A stretch of 64,000 bases of DNA from Octopus vulgaris (GCA_951406725.2 OX597822.1:94054001-94118000); one strand, 5' to 3'; shown: positions 1 through 14,793, counted from the stretch's first letter. Numbers and translations: made by a program. The notes: generated by a model not told the origin, from the letters alone.

Positions 1-539
1 GGGTCGATTTGCTCGACTAAAGGCGGTGCTCCAGCATGGCCGCAGTCAAATGACTGAAACAAGTAAAAGAATAAAGAGAGCAACATCATTAGCATCAAAC
101 ATCTATTTACGATGCTGGCATGGGCTGGAAATATTGACCAGAGCTGGCAAGCTGGAGAGCTGCTCCAGGCTCTAGTTTGGTCTGGCATGGTTTCTATGGG
201 TGGAAGTCCTTCCTAACACCAACTCCTTTACATAAAAAAAAAAAAAAAACACAGGCTGTATGGTTATGAAACTAGTTTTGCAACCACATGGTTTTCGGTT
301 CGGTTTTACTTTGCAGTACTAGGGCAAATGTCTTCTCCTATAGCCCCAGGCCAACTAATGCCTTGTGAGCGAGTATGATAGGTGGAAACTGTGTAAACTC
401 TTGAAAAATACCAAAGAATGAAAGAGTCATTGTCACAAGGTTTGTAATTAAAAGTTTTCTAATTGTAAAGGAAAGCAATAATGGTACTTGCTCACCTTGC
501 TAGAAATAGCAGCCAATTATCCAACAGCTAATATATATA

Positions 540-938
540 GGCGCAGGAGTGGCTGTGTGGTAAGTAGCTTGCTAACCAACCACATGGTTTCGGGTTCAGT
601 CCCACTGCATGGCATCTTGGGCAAGTGTCTTCTGCTATAGCCCCGGGCCAACCAATGCCTTGTGAGTGGATTTGGTAGATGGAAACTGAAAGAAGCCTGT
701 CGTATATATGTATATATATATGTGCGTGTTTGTGTGTCTGTGTCTGTTCCCCTAGCATGGCTTGACAACCAATGCTGGTGTGTTTACGTCCCCGTCACTT
801 AGCGGTTCGGCAAAAGAGACCAATAGAATAAGTACTGGGCTTACAAAGAATAAGTTCCGGGGTCGATTTGCTCGACTAAAGGCGGTGCTCCAGCATGGCC
901 GCAGTCAGATGACTGAAACAAGTAAAAGAGTAAAAGAG
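540..938 (+). mobile_element. tRNA-derived SINE, family A
   Basis: GGCGCAGGAGTGGCTGTGTGG head with A/B-box-like motifs (GGTTCAGTCC), internal (TA)n(TG)n, GTAAAAGA tail. Confidence 0.85.
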
Positions 939-1639
939 AGAGAGAGAGAGCTCATTTAACCCTGCCATCTTAGAAATGAAGGAAACCTCGCACAATGCAG
1001 GGTTAGATAAAAAGAAAATAAAGAGAAAAAACACTGGCTGTGTAGTTAAGAAGGTTGCTTTGTAACCACATGGTTTTGGGTTCAATCCTACCTTGCAGCA
1101 CTTGGGCAAGTGTCTTTTCTATCTTCTGTTTTCTTTTTATCTAACACTGCATATTATGCAAGGTGTCTTTCATTTCTAAAATGGCAGGGTTAAGTGAGCT
1201 GTTGGAGAATTGACTGCTGTTTCTAGCAAGGTGAGCAGTTGCCATTGTTAATTTTCTTTAGAATTAGAAAACTTTTAATTACAGACCTCTTCAGTCAGAG
1301 CTGACCTGTGGTTAGCAGCAACAACAACAATAATAATAATAATGAAGTACTTGATATACACGGGAAGAATATAAGAAAAGATGGTCATCAGGTCTACTCA
1401 GTCATGACTGACCTAGGGTAAAATAAGAAGAATGCCAGCAGCTAATAAATGTATTCCTTTATACAGTCTGAGACCCATGGGATTGCACCTAGAAAGTTAT
1501 CCTCCCAAATACAAGTCCAGGCAAGGTTGTTTTATGGGAGACCAGCAGTCGCCCATGCATACCAGCCTCCCCTCTTCATGCCACCGATGTTATCCAAGGG
1601 AATGGCAAGGGCTGATACATTGTAAAGCTCAATGAGGAG

Positions 1640-1942
1640 AAGACCCCCTTTCGGTCATAAATGACCATGGGATTGCATCTAGAAAGTTACCCTCCGAGGC
1701 ACAAGTCCGGACAAGGTTGTTTGTGGGAGGCCAGTAGTCGCCCATGCTTACCAGCCTCCCCTCTCCACACCACCGATGTTATCCAAGGGAAAGGCAAAGG
1801 GGCTGATACAGTTTGGCACCTGTGACATCGCAACTCATTTCTACAGCTGAGTGAAGAACACAACATGCAGCCCGGTCCGGGATTCAAGCTCACAACCTCA
1901 CGATCATAAGCTCGATGCTCTAACCACTGGGCCATGCGACTT

Positions 1943-1945
<3 letters not shown>
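1640..1945 (-). mobile_element. tRNA-headed SINE, family D
   Basis: tRNA-like head (TGGCCCAGTGGTTAGAGC on minus); body shared with 1470-1620 and 26297-26520. Confidence 0.65.
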
Positions 1946-1977
<32 letters not shown>

Positions 1978-2340
1978 GGAGCAGGAGAGGCTGTGTGGTA
2001 AGTAGCTTGCTGACCAACCATGTGGTTCCAGGTTCAGTCCCACTGCGTGGCATCTTGGAAAAATGTCTTCTACTATAGCCTAGGGTAGACCAAAGCCTTG
2101 TTAGTAGATTTGGTAGACGGAAACTGAAGCCTGTCGTGTGTGTGTGTGTGTGTGAGTTTGTAGTTCTGTGTTTGTCCCCCCACCATCGCTTGACAACCGA
2201 TGCTGGTGTTTACGTCCCCATAACTTAACGGTTCGGCAAAATAGACTGATAGAATAAGTACTAGGTTTACAAGAAGCAGTCCTGGGGTTGATTTGCTCGA
2301 CTAAAGGTGGTGTTCCAGCATGGCTGCAGTAAAATGACTC
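1978..2340 (+). mobile_element. SINE family A
   Basis: Diverged copy of 540-938. Confidence 0.75.
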
Positions 2341-2851
2341 CAAGGTGTAAGGAGTGGCTGTGTGGTAAGTAGCTTGCTTACGAACCATATGGTTCTGGGT
2401 TCTATTTATACAGTATGTTAGCATAAAAGATGGGGTAGCCACAGATTGAATAGTTTTAACAGGTCGGCAAAGACAAGATCGGTCAGGGGCTAAACAACAA
2501 CCAGAAACATTTTCTGATAACTTCCTGACTCATCTAAACTAGTTTCATGCGCGAGCACCCCCCCAACACCCACACACCCACGCAAATGCAATTTAGACAT
2601 CCAACAGACCAGCCACCAGCCGACCGACTGTAGATATCTCATTTATCAATTAGTTATAACTTCCCCTGTATGACAACTATGTCATCAGTACAACACATTG
2701 TCGATGTATATCTATGGTATACTTTAGTAGTCTTGGTAGTGGTGGTGGTGGTGGTGGTGGAGTAACACTAACACTGCAAATTTCACATACTTGGTCACCA
2801 TGGTTACAGAAATTATTGATTAATGTTAGTGAGCAATAAATGCATTAATTA

Positions 2852-2854
<3 letters not shown>

Positions 2855-2892
<38 letters not shown>

Positions 2893-3045
2893 TATTAATT
2901 AATAATAAAATATTAGGGAATAAATATACATATATATACATATATATATATATACATATATATACATATATATACACATATATATACACATATATACACA
3001 TATATATACACATATATATACACATATATACACATATATATACAC

Positions 3046-3103
<58 letters not shown>

Positions 3104-3158
3104 GTATATATACATACACACACATATATATATATATATACATATATACACACATACA

Positions 3159-3193
<35 letters not shown>
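2855..3193. repeat. Compound (TA)n/(CA)n microsatellite
   Basis: Seen directly. Confidence 0.95.
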
Positions 3194-3990
3194 CAACAGA
3201 GTTTTCAACTCTGGCACATGATGGAATCTATTTTCTGTACATTTTTAGTGTTAATTGTACCTATGCACCCTCCACACACAAAAATTCTTTTCCCTGTTAA
3301 TTTCTACCAATGCCTTTTCTACAGATCGACCATGGACATCTAACTGAACAGATTTGTGAATTGTCTGCTTTCCTACTTACTAAAACAAGGCCCTTCAATT
3401 CTAGACCTTGCTTCTACACCTGAATCTTCTTTAGTTCTGATATATATATAGTCTGGCACTAGTCGCCATGATAGATCGTTAGCCACTACACACATTTTTT
3501 TCTCTCCTTGTTTTTTCTGTGTCCCTTTCTGTAGAAGAGCGTAGGCTTGAAATGTAAAAGACTTTTTCTGTTCCTGAGCGTTATACTAATACATCTGTTT
3601 GTTTTGTACACCACCTCTCTTCGTCTTTTGTTTTTTTCGTAAACTTTCCCTATATATATATGATACAGATAAAGAAATAATTTGTTCTCAAATGCAGAAT
3701 AGCATGAACAGGATAAACTCTCCATATTTTACAGAAAAATTTGCCAGTGGCAAACTTTTTCCTTCTTTCTTCTCCCTTGCTTGACAAACCCCACAGTTTT
3801 TATATATGAAAAGGCCAAGAAACTTAACTTTAAAACACTTTTTGGTAAATCCAATAACGGAAAAAAGCACTAAACTGTGGTAAATAAAATATAGATAAAA
3901 ATATATATAGTTATCCAAAATTCCAACTCCCTTATTACTCTAAATATACAATATCTGTACATCACTTCAAAATCTCTCTCTCTCTCACTC

Positions 3991-4025
<35 letters not shown>

Positions 4026-4589
4026 CTGTCCACATATCTTTGTAGTAGGAAATGCTTAAGTCTTGCAGGCCTAGTCAGCCATCAAAGAAGCGATGGGGAT
4101 CAACCCCTTGAAAATTATGGTACAGCTATTGTTGACAACAGAACATATACAACCTAAGGAAAAGTGTGACGTTCAGTTGGAGGATTAAAAAGACTTGTCA
4201 AAAGACTTCATACTATGGCATCGGTTCCTTTCTGCCAGCCAGCACAACAGTGCATTATCATCCTTTCGGGGTCAAGTACCAGTTACACACTGGTGTCGAT
4301 ATAATCGACTTCATCCATTTGTCTGTCCTTGTTTGTCCTCTCTGCTTGGGTCAGTTGCTGAATTTAAAGAAATTTATTGTATTTTTAGTGTGAGGGTCAA
4401 TATGTATGTTTGCAAGTGAATGTTTGGTAGTGTTTATGGCGATGTTTGGGTGTGTCTGCGAAACTATACATGTGAGTGAATTCTATGTATATATGTGTGT
4501 GTATGTTTTGTGTGCTTCAGTTTCTATAAATATGTTTAATTTTGGGGAAACTTTTATTTCAATAAAGTGTATTTTATATATATATATAT

Positions 4590-4985
4590 AGGCGCAGGAG
4601 TGGCTGTGTGGTAAGTAGCTTGCTTACCAACCACATAGTTCCGGGTTCAGTCCCACTGCGTGGCATCTTGGGCAAGTGTCTTCTGCTATAGCCCCGGGCC
4701 GACCAATGCCTTGTGAGTGGATTTGGTAGACGGAAACTGAAAGAAGCTTGTTGTATATATGTATATGTATGTGTGTGTATATGTTTGTGTGTCTGTGTTT
4801 GTCCCCCTAGCATTGCTTGACAACCGATGCTGGTGTGTTTACGTCCCCGTAACTTAGCGGTTCGGCAAAAGAGACCGATAGAATAAGTACTGGGCTTACA
4901 AAGAATAAGTCCCAGGGTCGCTTTGCTCGACTAAAGGTGGTGCTCCAGCATGGCAGCAGTCAAATGACTGAAACAAGTAAAAGAG
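4590..4985 (+). mobile_element. SINE family A
   Basis: Near-identical to 540-938. Confidence 0.85.
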
Positions 4986-5405
4986 ATATATATTTATCAT
5001 AAATAAAAAATACATATTAAGTACAGGACTTATCTCTGGATGTTCACTTGTTGGTGATGTCCTTTACTTAATGTGTATCTTTTATTTATTTTTATAATTG
5101 AATGCCATGCAGCTTTGTCCACAGTATATACATATACATATATATATGTGTGTACCGTTACTGTCTTCAAAAAAGTTTTTTTCGTTTCATGTTCGTCTCT
5201 GTTGCGTTTGCATTCTTTCCTTCTGGGGCTGGCTGACTCAGAGCAAATCTCAGAATTAAACAGCCGAAATTTGCAATGATGAATCGGTTTCTGACTGAAG
5301 ACTGAAGGCTTTGAATGACCCGTCTGTTTTTTATGTTCGTCCCTTCGTGTATTTCACGTTATTTATATATGTAAAGTTTTATTATATATATATATATATA
5401 TATAT

Positions 5406-5406
<1 letters not shown>

Positions 5407-5476
<70 letters not shown>
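5407..5476. repeat. (GATA)n microsatellite
   Basis: Seen directly; another at 27922-28002. Confidence 0.95.
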
Positions 5477-6017
5477 TAAAATATATATGTATGTATGTAT
5501 TAAAGAAAGCCAAAAAAAAAAAAAAATAGAAGCAAATGGCTAAATGGATGTGTATGTGTAAAAGAATTCAGTACTCAATATTTTGGCTACAATGGTTAAA
5601 GTTTAAAAGTTCAGTTATTTTTGACAGTGGTTGTTTGGTTGAGGTCTTTGTATTTATGTGTATAATTGCATGTATATGTATATTTTGGAAGGAATTGTAT
5701 ACATACACACACGCATGCAAATGTATGTGTGTGTGTGTGTGTATATGGTGGGAGAGAGAAAGATGGGGGAGGTGCGATAAAATTTCTTATCACTTGTTCA
5801 AAAGAGGAAATCTCTTTGCAAAGGCAACCATTCAGGTTTTGGACAAGAACAAACACACAGCCAAACACACACATAGATGGGGCTATAGTAGGAGACATTT
5901 GGTGTCACACAATGGTGCTAAATCCAGAAACATATAGCTAAGAAACAAAGTTCCTGCCACACAGACAGGACTGTGTCTTACAACAGAGCTTACAGAAAAA
6001 AAAAAAATAATAAGTAT

Positions 6018-6229
6018 ACTCTTTACTCTTTTTACTCTTTTACCTGTTTCAGTCATTTGACTGTGGCCATGCTGGAGCACCACCTTTTAATCGAGCAACT
6101 CGACCCCAGGACTTATTCTTTTGTAAGCCCAGTACTTATTCTATCATTCTCTTTTGCCGAACCGCTAAGTAACAGGGACATAAACACACCAGCATCAGTT
6201 GTCAAGCAATGCTAGGGGGACAAACACAG

Positions 6230-6274
<45 letters not shown>

Positions 6275-6433
6275 TACGACAGGCTTCTTTCAGTTTCCGT
6301 CTACCAAATCCACTCACAAGGCATTGGTCGGCCTGGGACTATAGCAGAAGACACTTGCCCAAGATGCCACGCAGTGGGACTGAACCCGGAACAATGTGGT
6401 TGGTTAGCAAGCTACTTACCACACAGCCACTCC
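6018..6433 (-). mobile_element. SINE family A
   Basis: Reverse-complement copy. Confidence 0.85.
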
Positions 6434-7569
6434 TAGCTTCTGAAAAATTTTTCATTAATAATTATTATTAATTTGCATTTTATGTATATCTCTTTTAGCA
6501 TAACAATATGCAACAAATAAAAGTTTCTTTGGGGTCTTGTTAAATTTATTTCTGATTTTTGCCAGAATATTTTTAAAACACGTAGTTTAGATGTAGTTTG
6601 AATTTGTAGTTTAACAACACCCAACTCGATTTTGGTGAGAAATAATGTTTTTTTCCTCGTTTACTTTTTTCTTGTGCTATCAACTAATCTCATCTCCTAA
6701 TATTACCACAAATGACTTTTTTTCCAGTGAAATCAGAGGTGTGTGGAACCTTGGAATCACCCCTTCACCTCAGAGTTTTTTTTTTTCCTTGTATTTTTTC
6801 GTGTGCTATCAACCAAGCTCAGGTCTTTTGTATTGTATTAGGAGATCAGAATAGCTGCTGTTTTTTATGCCTAATAATTGCTATTTCTAGCATACCAAAA
6901 CAACCACATTGAAGACTGGCTACCTTTGAGTTTATTTAAAAGAGAGAGAAAAATGCTTTATGCAACGAATTCTGATATAATTGTAATCTATACCATCTGA
7001 AATGTAAATGCAGAAGATTTTATTAACAAATTATCCATGTTGTATAAAGTTACCACACACACACATATATACATATCACCATCCTTTAATGTCTGTTTTC
7101 CATGCTGGCATGTGTTGGACGGTTTGACAGGGGCCAACAACCCAGGGGCTACGTCTGGCACCCGTCTGGTTTGGCATGTTTTCTGTGGCTGGATGCCCTT
7201 CCTAATACCTATTTCTTTACTACCCACAAGGGGCTAAACACAGAGAGGACAAACAAGGAAAGACAAATGAATGAAGTCGATTATATCAACACCAGTGCGT
7301 AACTGGTACTTATTTAATCGACCCCTAAAGGATGAAAGGCAAAGTCGACCTCGGCGGGCCCTTCCTAATACCACCACTTTACAGCGTGGACTGAATGCTT
7401 TTATGTGGCACCTGACGGTAGCATAGTTTCAATGGTGGGATTTTTACATTTTTATGATTTTTATATTTTTATAATTCTACAGACCTTGGTGCAAGCTGAC
7501 TGGGGGCCTGGAGCCCAACAAAATTGTTCCCAATTGGGCCCTGCACCTCTTAAGGCTGGCCCTGTATCT

Positions 7570-7665
7570 CTCTCTCTCTCTTTTGCTGAACTGGTAAGTT
7601 ATGGAGATGTAAACACACCAACATCGGTTGTCAAGCGATGATGAAGGGAACAAACACAGACACAT

Positions 7666-7722
<57 letters not shown>

Positions 7723-7880
7723 ACAGGCTTCATTCAGTTTCTGTCTACCAAATACACTTGTAAGGCTTTGGTTGGCTTGAGGCAATTGTAGAAGACACTT
7801 GCCCAAGGTGCTACACAGTGGGACTGAGCCTGAAACTATGTGGTTGGGAAGCAAGCCTTTTACCACACAGCCACTGTGGC
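7570..7880 (-). mobile_element. SINE family A (partial)
   Basis: Diverged reverse-complement copy. Confidence 0.7.
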
Positions 7881-7922
<42 letters not shown>

Positions 7923-8193
7923 CATATAAATCTATCTATCGTGGCACTCCGCTGGTTATGATGATGAGGGTTCCAGTTGATCCAATCAACATCCACAGAC
8001 TAGTTTCAACCCAAAAACTAGTCTGTGGATGTTGAACCAGCAGGGGAAGCTGCTGACCTCCCCTGTTCGAAGGTTATAATGGACACAGGTTCGTGTGTCA
8101 CATAGCTAGCTAGAGGTGATGGCCTCTTGGAGCTAATCAATGGCAGCATTCGTCCTATTTTCCTGGACTGCTATGTTAGCTTGGCGATAACTA

Positions 8194-8233
<40 letters not shown>

Positions 8234-8747
8234 CATCATCATCATCGTTTAATGTCCGCTTTCCATGCTAGCATGGTTTGGACGATTTGACTGAGGTCTG
8301 GCGAACCAGATTCCAATCTGATCTGGCAGAGTTTCTACAGTTGAATGCCCTTCCTAACACCAACCACTCTGAGAGTGTAGTGGGTGCTTTTACATGCCAC
8401 TGGTACGAGGGCCAGTCAGGCGGTACTGGCAACGGTCATGCTCAAATGGTGCTTTTTATGTGCCACCTGCACAGGAGCCAGTCCAGCAGCACTGGCAATG
8501 ACCTCGCTCGAATGTTTTTTCATGTGTCACCAGCCCAAGTGCCAGTAAGGCGACGCAGGTAACAATCACGCTCAAATGGTGCTTTTTATGCGCCACTGGA
8601 ACAGAGGCCAGCTTGTTGCTCTGGCAACGATCACGCTCGTATGGTACTCTTAGTGCTCCACTAGTACAGATGCCAGTCATCGAATATATATATTACATAT
8701 ATATTAGATATATATATATCTAATATATATTACATATCTCTCTCTCT

Positions 8748-9021
8748 ATCCGCTCAGTTGAAGTCGACTCTCGGTCACTCGTTGGATCAGTGTCCTCCAG
8801 TCAGTTCTATCCTGGGCCGCTTCCTTCAGACTGGCCATGTCCATTCTGGTATCACTCCTTGATGGTGTCAAGCCAGCAGGTTCTTGGTCGGCCTCTTCCT
8901 CTCTTGCCACTGACCATTCTGAGCATGATGTCCTTCTCCAGGGACTCTCTCCGCATAATATGACCGAAATATGCCAATCTACGCTTGGTGATCCCAGCTT
9001 CTAGCAACATTTTCGGCCTTA

Positions 9022-9022
<1 letters not shown>
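8748..9022 (-). mobile_element. RTE LINE 3' fragment
   Basis: Minus strand reads RLAYFGHIMRRESLEKDIML...GKRGRGRPRTCWLD...DRTDWR, a typical RTE C-terminus. Confidence 0.8.
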
Positions 9023-9059
<37 letters not shown>

Positions 9060-9061
<2 letters not shown>

Positions 9062-9963
9062 AGGTCATCCCATAAATATTGCATGAAGTAAAAGTCAGAG
9101 GAGGGGATGGGATAAACTACCTTTATCAACTTGCTATAAAAGAACATAGTAATGTTACCTTGTACTTAATCTTACTGCAAGTTTTGAAGAGTGCAATTCG
9201 ATTTTAACAGGTATTTTTTCAAAGCTATAATGGAAGTGACAAAGGAGCATATTTTGCTTTATGAGTTCAATAAAGGCAACAATGCAACATAAAATGCGAG
9301 GAATATTAATGCACTATATGGGGATTGGACAATAAGCGTAAGCCAGTGTCAACAGTGGTTCCAGAAATTCCAAGCCAGAAACTACAGCCTAGAAGACAAG
9401 CTTTGTCCTGGAAAATCTGTGGAGCTCGACAAGGACATCCTGCAAACCCTGGTGGAAGAAAATCCCATCATAATTGTTGAAGAATTAGGAGAGGTGCTTG
9501 GATTTGGTCATTCAACCATTCATTGAAGTCAGCCCTAGAAGAAAAACTACAATCTTTGGTTTCAAGACGAAAGGTGTTCTTACATCAGGATAGTGTTCGG
9601 CCACACAGAGTGAGGATAACATTCCAATGGCTGGAGAAGTTTGAATGGAAAACAATGCCCCACCCACAATATTCACCAGACATTACCCCCATCTGATTAT
9701 CATTTATTCCGCAGTCTTCAAAATCATTTGGATGGAAAAGAATATGAATTCTGTAGACGAGATCAGAACAGTATTGGAAGAGTATTTTTCATGATGGACA
9801 AATGAATTTTGGAAGAGGAGTCATGCAAGTCTACCAGAGTGATAGAAGAGCATTGTATAAAATGAAGGAGATTATATTTTAGATTAAAAAAGAACCTTGT
9901 TTATCTTAATTTAGAAAAATAAAAGAAGTATATAAAATCCGCATTATTTATGGGATGACCCAA
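9060..9963 (+). mobile_element. Internally deleted mariner (DD34D) element
   Basis: TIRs GGTCATCCCATAAATA / TATTTATGGGATGACC in TA context; ATG 9230 begins MEVTKEHI..LYEFNKG (HTH); HQDS, PHPQYSPD and SDYHLFRSLQNHL remnants. Confidence 0.88.
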
Positions 9964-9980
9964 TATATATAAATATATAC

Positions 9981-10375
9981 CCTTTTACTTGTTTCAGTCA
10001 TTTGACTGCGGCCATACTAGAGCACCACCTTTATTCGAGCGAATCAACCCTGGGACTTATTCTTTGTAAGCCTAGTACTTATTCTATTGGTCTCTTTTGC
10101 CGAACCGCTAATGACGAGGATGTAAACACACCAGCATCGGCTGTCAAGCAATGCTAGGGGGACAGACACACAAACACACACACACATACATGTATATATA
10201 TATACATATATACGATGGGCTTCTTTCAGTTTCCGTCTACCAAATCCACTCACAAGGCATTGGTCGGCCCAATGCTATAGCAGAAGACACTTGCCCAAGA
10301 TGCCATGCAGTGGGACTGAACCCGGAACCATGTGGTTGGTAAGCAAGCTACTTACCACACAGCCATTCCTGCACC
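9981..10375 (-). mobile_element. SINE family A
   Basis: Full reverse-complement copy. Confidence 0.85.
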
Positions 10376-10644
10376 TATGTACATAATAAAAAGAAAGTGA
10401 TCAAGATCCTTCCCGAATCATATGGACACATAAGGCTGATTTCTCTGTTCCTGTGGCATGTATATTCTCCACCTGGACAGGATGCCGATCCGCTGCAGGA
10501 TTACTCGTATTTGCCAGTTGAGTGAACTGGAGCAATATTGAAATGAAGTGTTTTTTCTCAAGGACACAATGTGTCAACTGATTCAGGAATTGAAACCAGT
10601 CTCATGATCAAGAGTCCAACACTCTAACTGCAAAGCCATACCCA

Positions 10645-10707
<63 letters not shown>

Positions 10708-11128
10708 ACACACACATACACATATATATACATATATAGATATACATATAAACAACTTAAACTTCCATGGGTATGAGTAAGTATTTCATTTATTTCTTTG
10801 CCACATTTATCACTGACAAAGGGAGGGTCCTTACGAACTAACCCTGAAATCGGTCCAATATGGTAATAATGGAATTTTTTAGAAATTTCTGTCGGCTTTT
10901 TTTCGAGTAGCATGCGTATTGTGTAAAATTATATGGTTATGGACAATTATGTCCAATTTTCAGCATATTTGGCATTAGAAATTTTTTCGTCTGCCCTTAT
11001 TTATAAGTTGTTTATAATTTTAACCGTTAAAGGTATTTTTTAATATGCTGGCCATTGATAAAATTTTTTTGGGGGAAAAAATTTTATCCTACATTAAATA
11101 TATATATATACATATATATACACATATA

Positions 11129-11230
<102 letters not shown>

Positions 11231-11474
11231 AACACTATCAGTTTAACATCCACTTTTCCATACTTGCAAGTGACAAATGAGATTTTGTTGAGGTGGATTT
11301 TCTATGACCCGATGTCCTTCCTATTGCCAACCCTAACCTGTTTCCAAGATAGGCAATATTCCATAAGACCAGACATGGATGACCGGTAACAAAAGACACT
11401 GTTGATATGACAGTTACATTAGCTTACAACTATTACATGATGTCATGGCAACAAGACAGTAACACCCACATATA

Positions 11475-12165
11475 CAGGGTGTTCAGGATAAATTGGATAG
11501 TTTGTATAACAGGAACAGAAAACACAATATCCCATCCAAAAATGAAAGTATTTTAAAAGATAAAAAAATATCAACTAGATTATAACTGGAAAAGTTTACT
11601 CAAAGTAACCACTAGCAGCTTCCACCAATGGCCTCAAGACAGCCCAAGAATCTGGCACATGTATTCTTCCTTGTGTCCTTGGGAAGATCTTTGAACATCT
11701 GTTTCTTTTTTTTTTTTTTATCTTGGATACCAGCTTGGCCTTGGTTTTAGAGGCAGAATGGTTGGTGTCTTTCTCAACTGTGCCCCACACTTAGTAATCA
11801 ATGAGATGACAATTAGGGGAGTTAGGGAGGCCAGAATTTGGGGATGGTGAAGTTGTAGAAATTCTCCAACGACCACTTTTGACTCTTTCAGCAGGTATGA
11901 CAGGGAACCAAATCCTGCTGCCACACATAGGGCCTTCCGCCAGCAACCTGGGGATTGACCACTCTCCAGCCGCTTCATATTGCTGTCTGAATTGAGCCTA
12001 AGACCCTGTTCAAAGATGTGGGGATGAATTCCAGCATGAAGATGCAACCAGAACACCTGCCAGCTATGGCTTTGTAGTCTCTGTTGCAGCTGTCCATGTC
12101 ACATCTTACCGTTTTTACAGTGTTCACAGTGTACTGAGCAGCAATCATGATGTCAGCATTTTGGT
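11475..12165 (-). mobile_element. Tc1/mariner-superfamily (DD37D/maT-like) non-autonomous remnant
   Basis: TA|CAGGGTG terminus; minus strand PNSPNCHLIDY*VWGTVEKDTN; homologous to 18960-20060. Confidence 0.65.
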
Positions 12166-12167
12166 AT

Positions 12168-12390
12168 AAGGCGGCGAGCTGGCAGAAACTTTGCATGCCG
12201 AGCGAAATGCGTAGCCGTTTTTCGTCTGCCGTTACATTCTGAGTTCAAATTCCGCCGAGGTCGACTTTGCCTTTCATCCTTTCGGGGTCGATAAATTAAG
12301 TACCTGTTATGCACTGGGATCGGTGTAATCGACTTAATCCGTTTGTCCCCTCTGTGTTTAGCCCCTTGTGGGTAGTAAAGAAATAAGTAT
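12168..12390 (+). mobile_element. tRNA-derived SINE, family B
   Basis: GGCGGCGAGCTGGCAGAA head, B-box-like GAGTTCAAATTC, central GCCTTTCATCCTTTCGGGGTCGATAAA..AGTACC, tail CCCCTTGTGGGTAGTAAAGAAATA. Other copies near 7200-7360, 12808-12978, 27595-27910, 31063-31285, 46150-46580 and 55430-55660. Confidence 0.85.
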
Positions 12391-13334
12391 TTTGGTATCT
12401 GGTGCAAATTATCATGATACAGTTAACTCTTTACCAATATTCAAGGGGCATTCATGAGTGAGATGACATTTTTGTCGGAGGAATTAATATCTAAGTTAAA
12501 TGCTCTTTCTACAGAAACCATTCAGCGATGAAGTAGAACCTGTCTTTTTGCCAGTCAGGCAAACTGAAGCTAGCAGAATTATATGTCTTCATCGGAAGAA
12601 TAACACAATAACTATAAAATAATTTGAACTTATGATCATGTGATCAATTCCAGCACTTTAACCTCGGTCATTGACTCAAAACTATTATGCTCAACACTAA
12701 CAGAGATAGGGTCTTAGTGGAAGTTCAAAAATCTTAAATCAAGAAAGGGCACTGGTTAATTTTCTATGCACTGGCCATGATACAGCAGGTGTATGAGGTG
12801 GGTACTGAAGGCAGCTGGCAGAAACATTAGCACGCTAGGCGAAATGTGTAGCCGTATTTCGTCAGCCATTACGTTCTGAGTTCAAATTCCGCTGAGGTCA
12901 ACTTTGCCTTTCATCCTTTCGGGGTCGATAAATTAAGTACCAGTTTCGCATTGGGGTTGATATAATCGACTTAATCCATAGCTTTGAGTAAAAGAAAATA
13001 CCGGAGGGTTCCTTCAGTTTTTCTAAGCCCTGTAAAAGAACTCAAACGGTTGGACCTTCAGCCCAGGCCTTTCGTAATAGCCTTAAAGCCAGCAACTTTA
13101 CAGAACCACCTTGTATTTCTTGAAAAATAAGCTCAAGATGGCTCAGTCCTTCATTTGGGGGCAAAGTGGAAAACATTGAAAGCTATCTAATCAAAGAATA
13201 AATCAAATCAATCAACTATGTAGCATATATTGTGTGTGAGTAATTCCAAAAACATCATTGATAATGTGTCCAGATGCATCACAGGATGATGTACAGAAAA
13301 ACTTTGTGTGTGTGTGTGTGTGTGTGTGTGTAGG

Positions 13335-13692
13335 TGCAAGTGTACTTCCCAACCAAATGGCTCTGGGTTCAGTCCCACTGTGTGGTACCTTGGGCAACTG
13401 TTTTCAACTATAGTCTCAAGCCAACCAAAACCTTGTAAGTGGATTTGGTAGACAGTAACTGAAAGAAGCTCGTCGTATATATATATGTGTGTATGTGTGT
13501 GTGTGTGTGTGTGTGTTTGTCCTGGCACCATCAATTGACAACAGATGTTGGCATGTTTACATCCCCGTAACTTAGCAATTCGGCAAAAGGGACCAATAGA
13601 ATAAATCCTGTGGTTGATTTCTTCAGCTAAAAAATCCATTAAGGCGGTGCTCCAGCATGACCACAGTCAAATGACTGAAAGAAGTAAAAGAA
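13335..13692 (+). mobile_element. SINE family A (diverged)
   Basis: Same body and tail with many CpG-to-TpG changes. Confidence 0.7.
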
Positions 13693-14762
13693 TATGTATA
13701 TACACATACACACACATTCATTCATATACATACACACACACACTTTCTCTCTCTCTCTCTAAGAATATTCTGTACAGTGAAATACCATAATTAAGCCCTG
13801 CTCCATTTCACAGATAAACTGAAGTCAGCTGTTAGTATTGGGGACTTAATCTCCCTTATCTGGAAGTCATTAGGACAATTTGAAGCATAGAATGCAGAGC
13901 ACTGACAAGAAATAGCCTTGTACAGCATTATCACTATATTATAGAGTATTGAAAATAATCTTTTGAGATGATTGTTTAAAATACATATTAAAATTACAAT
14001 AACATATATGTAACAGACTTTCGGCATAACCCAGATCAATATGTTCAGTTTGTGTAACCAAAAGTATATACCTTCTGTGAGGTTATAGCAGTCGGTTGGT
14101 TAATTAATAATTTAGAGTAACAGACATGTGTACAAGCACGGAATCAGATCCATTCATTCCACATGGGCAAATAAAATGCAGAGGAGAGAAAATGGAAAGG
14201 TAAAGTAAAAAAAGAAGGCATTAGAAAAAATGGAAATACCAAATAAAAGTGCAATTATATTTTTTATAAAATTATTTTTAAAGTCTCTGTGATATAATTG
14301 TTTCAAATTATACATACAGATATTTTCATTTTCTTACACACATCCGATATATCTAATAGCGTAGCTTACAGGACGAATTGAATAGAGATCGCCGTTTAGG
14401 TTTTTAGATTTAGTGTTAAATAACTGGATCCTAAGGACAATAACTAAAGTCATTTAAAGAAATGGAAAAAATCTATTCAGGAAAGGACGAAAACGAAAGA
14501 GAAGAAACATTATAATGCAAGGGAACGAAAACTTTTTGAAGGTCGAAAAATATTATACAAGATAGTAGGGGTGATAGTAGCGGAGGATAAGAATTCATGA
14601 ACCGTTCAACGAGAGGAATGCTTACAAAGCAATTATTTTATAATTAAAACTGGGACGAAATATCATTCAATGAAACGCATAGGCATGAGAATGTAGCATT
14701 GGAAATAGACGGGAGCCATTAACAAAGCGGAACACAGTTTGAGTGGGACAGTGTGGGGCGAA

Positions 14763-14793
14763 AGTGGGACAGTGTGGGGCGAAAGTGGGACAA
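14763..14793. repeat. 21-bp minisatellite (GTGGGACAGTGTGGGGCGAAA, about 2.5 copies from 14743)
   Basis: Direct repeats spanning 14743-14793. Confidence 0.7.

Noticed and set aside
517-959. Recurrent short ORFs such as RQASFSFRLPNPLTR and DRLLSVSVYQIHSQG
   Set aside because: They are translations of SINE family A copies, not a protein family.
3375-3440. Candidate minus-strand exon (TKEDSGVEARSRIEGPCF, GTAAGT donor)
   Set aside because: Weak acceptor, no recognisable homology and no partner exons found.
3515-3565. Hammerhead-like GAAGAGCGTAGGCTYGAAAY repeat (also near 21250, minus strand)
   Set aside because: The core is not CUGANGA and stems I and III could not be built convincingly.
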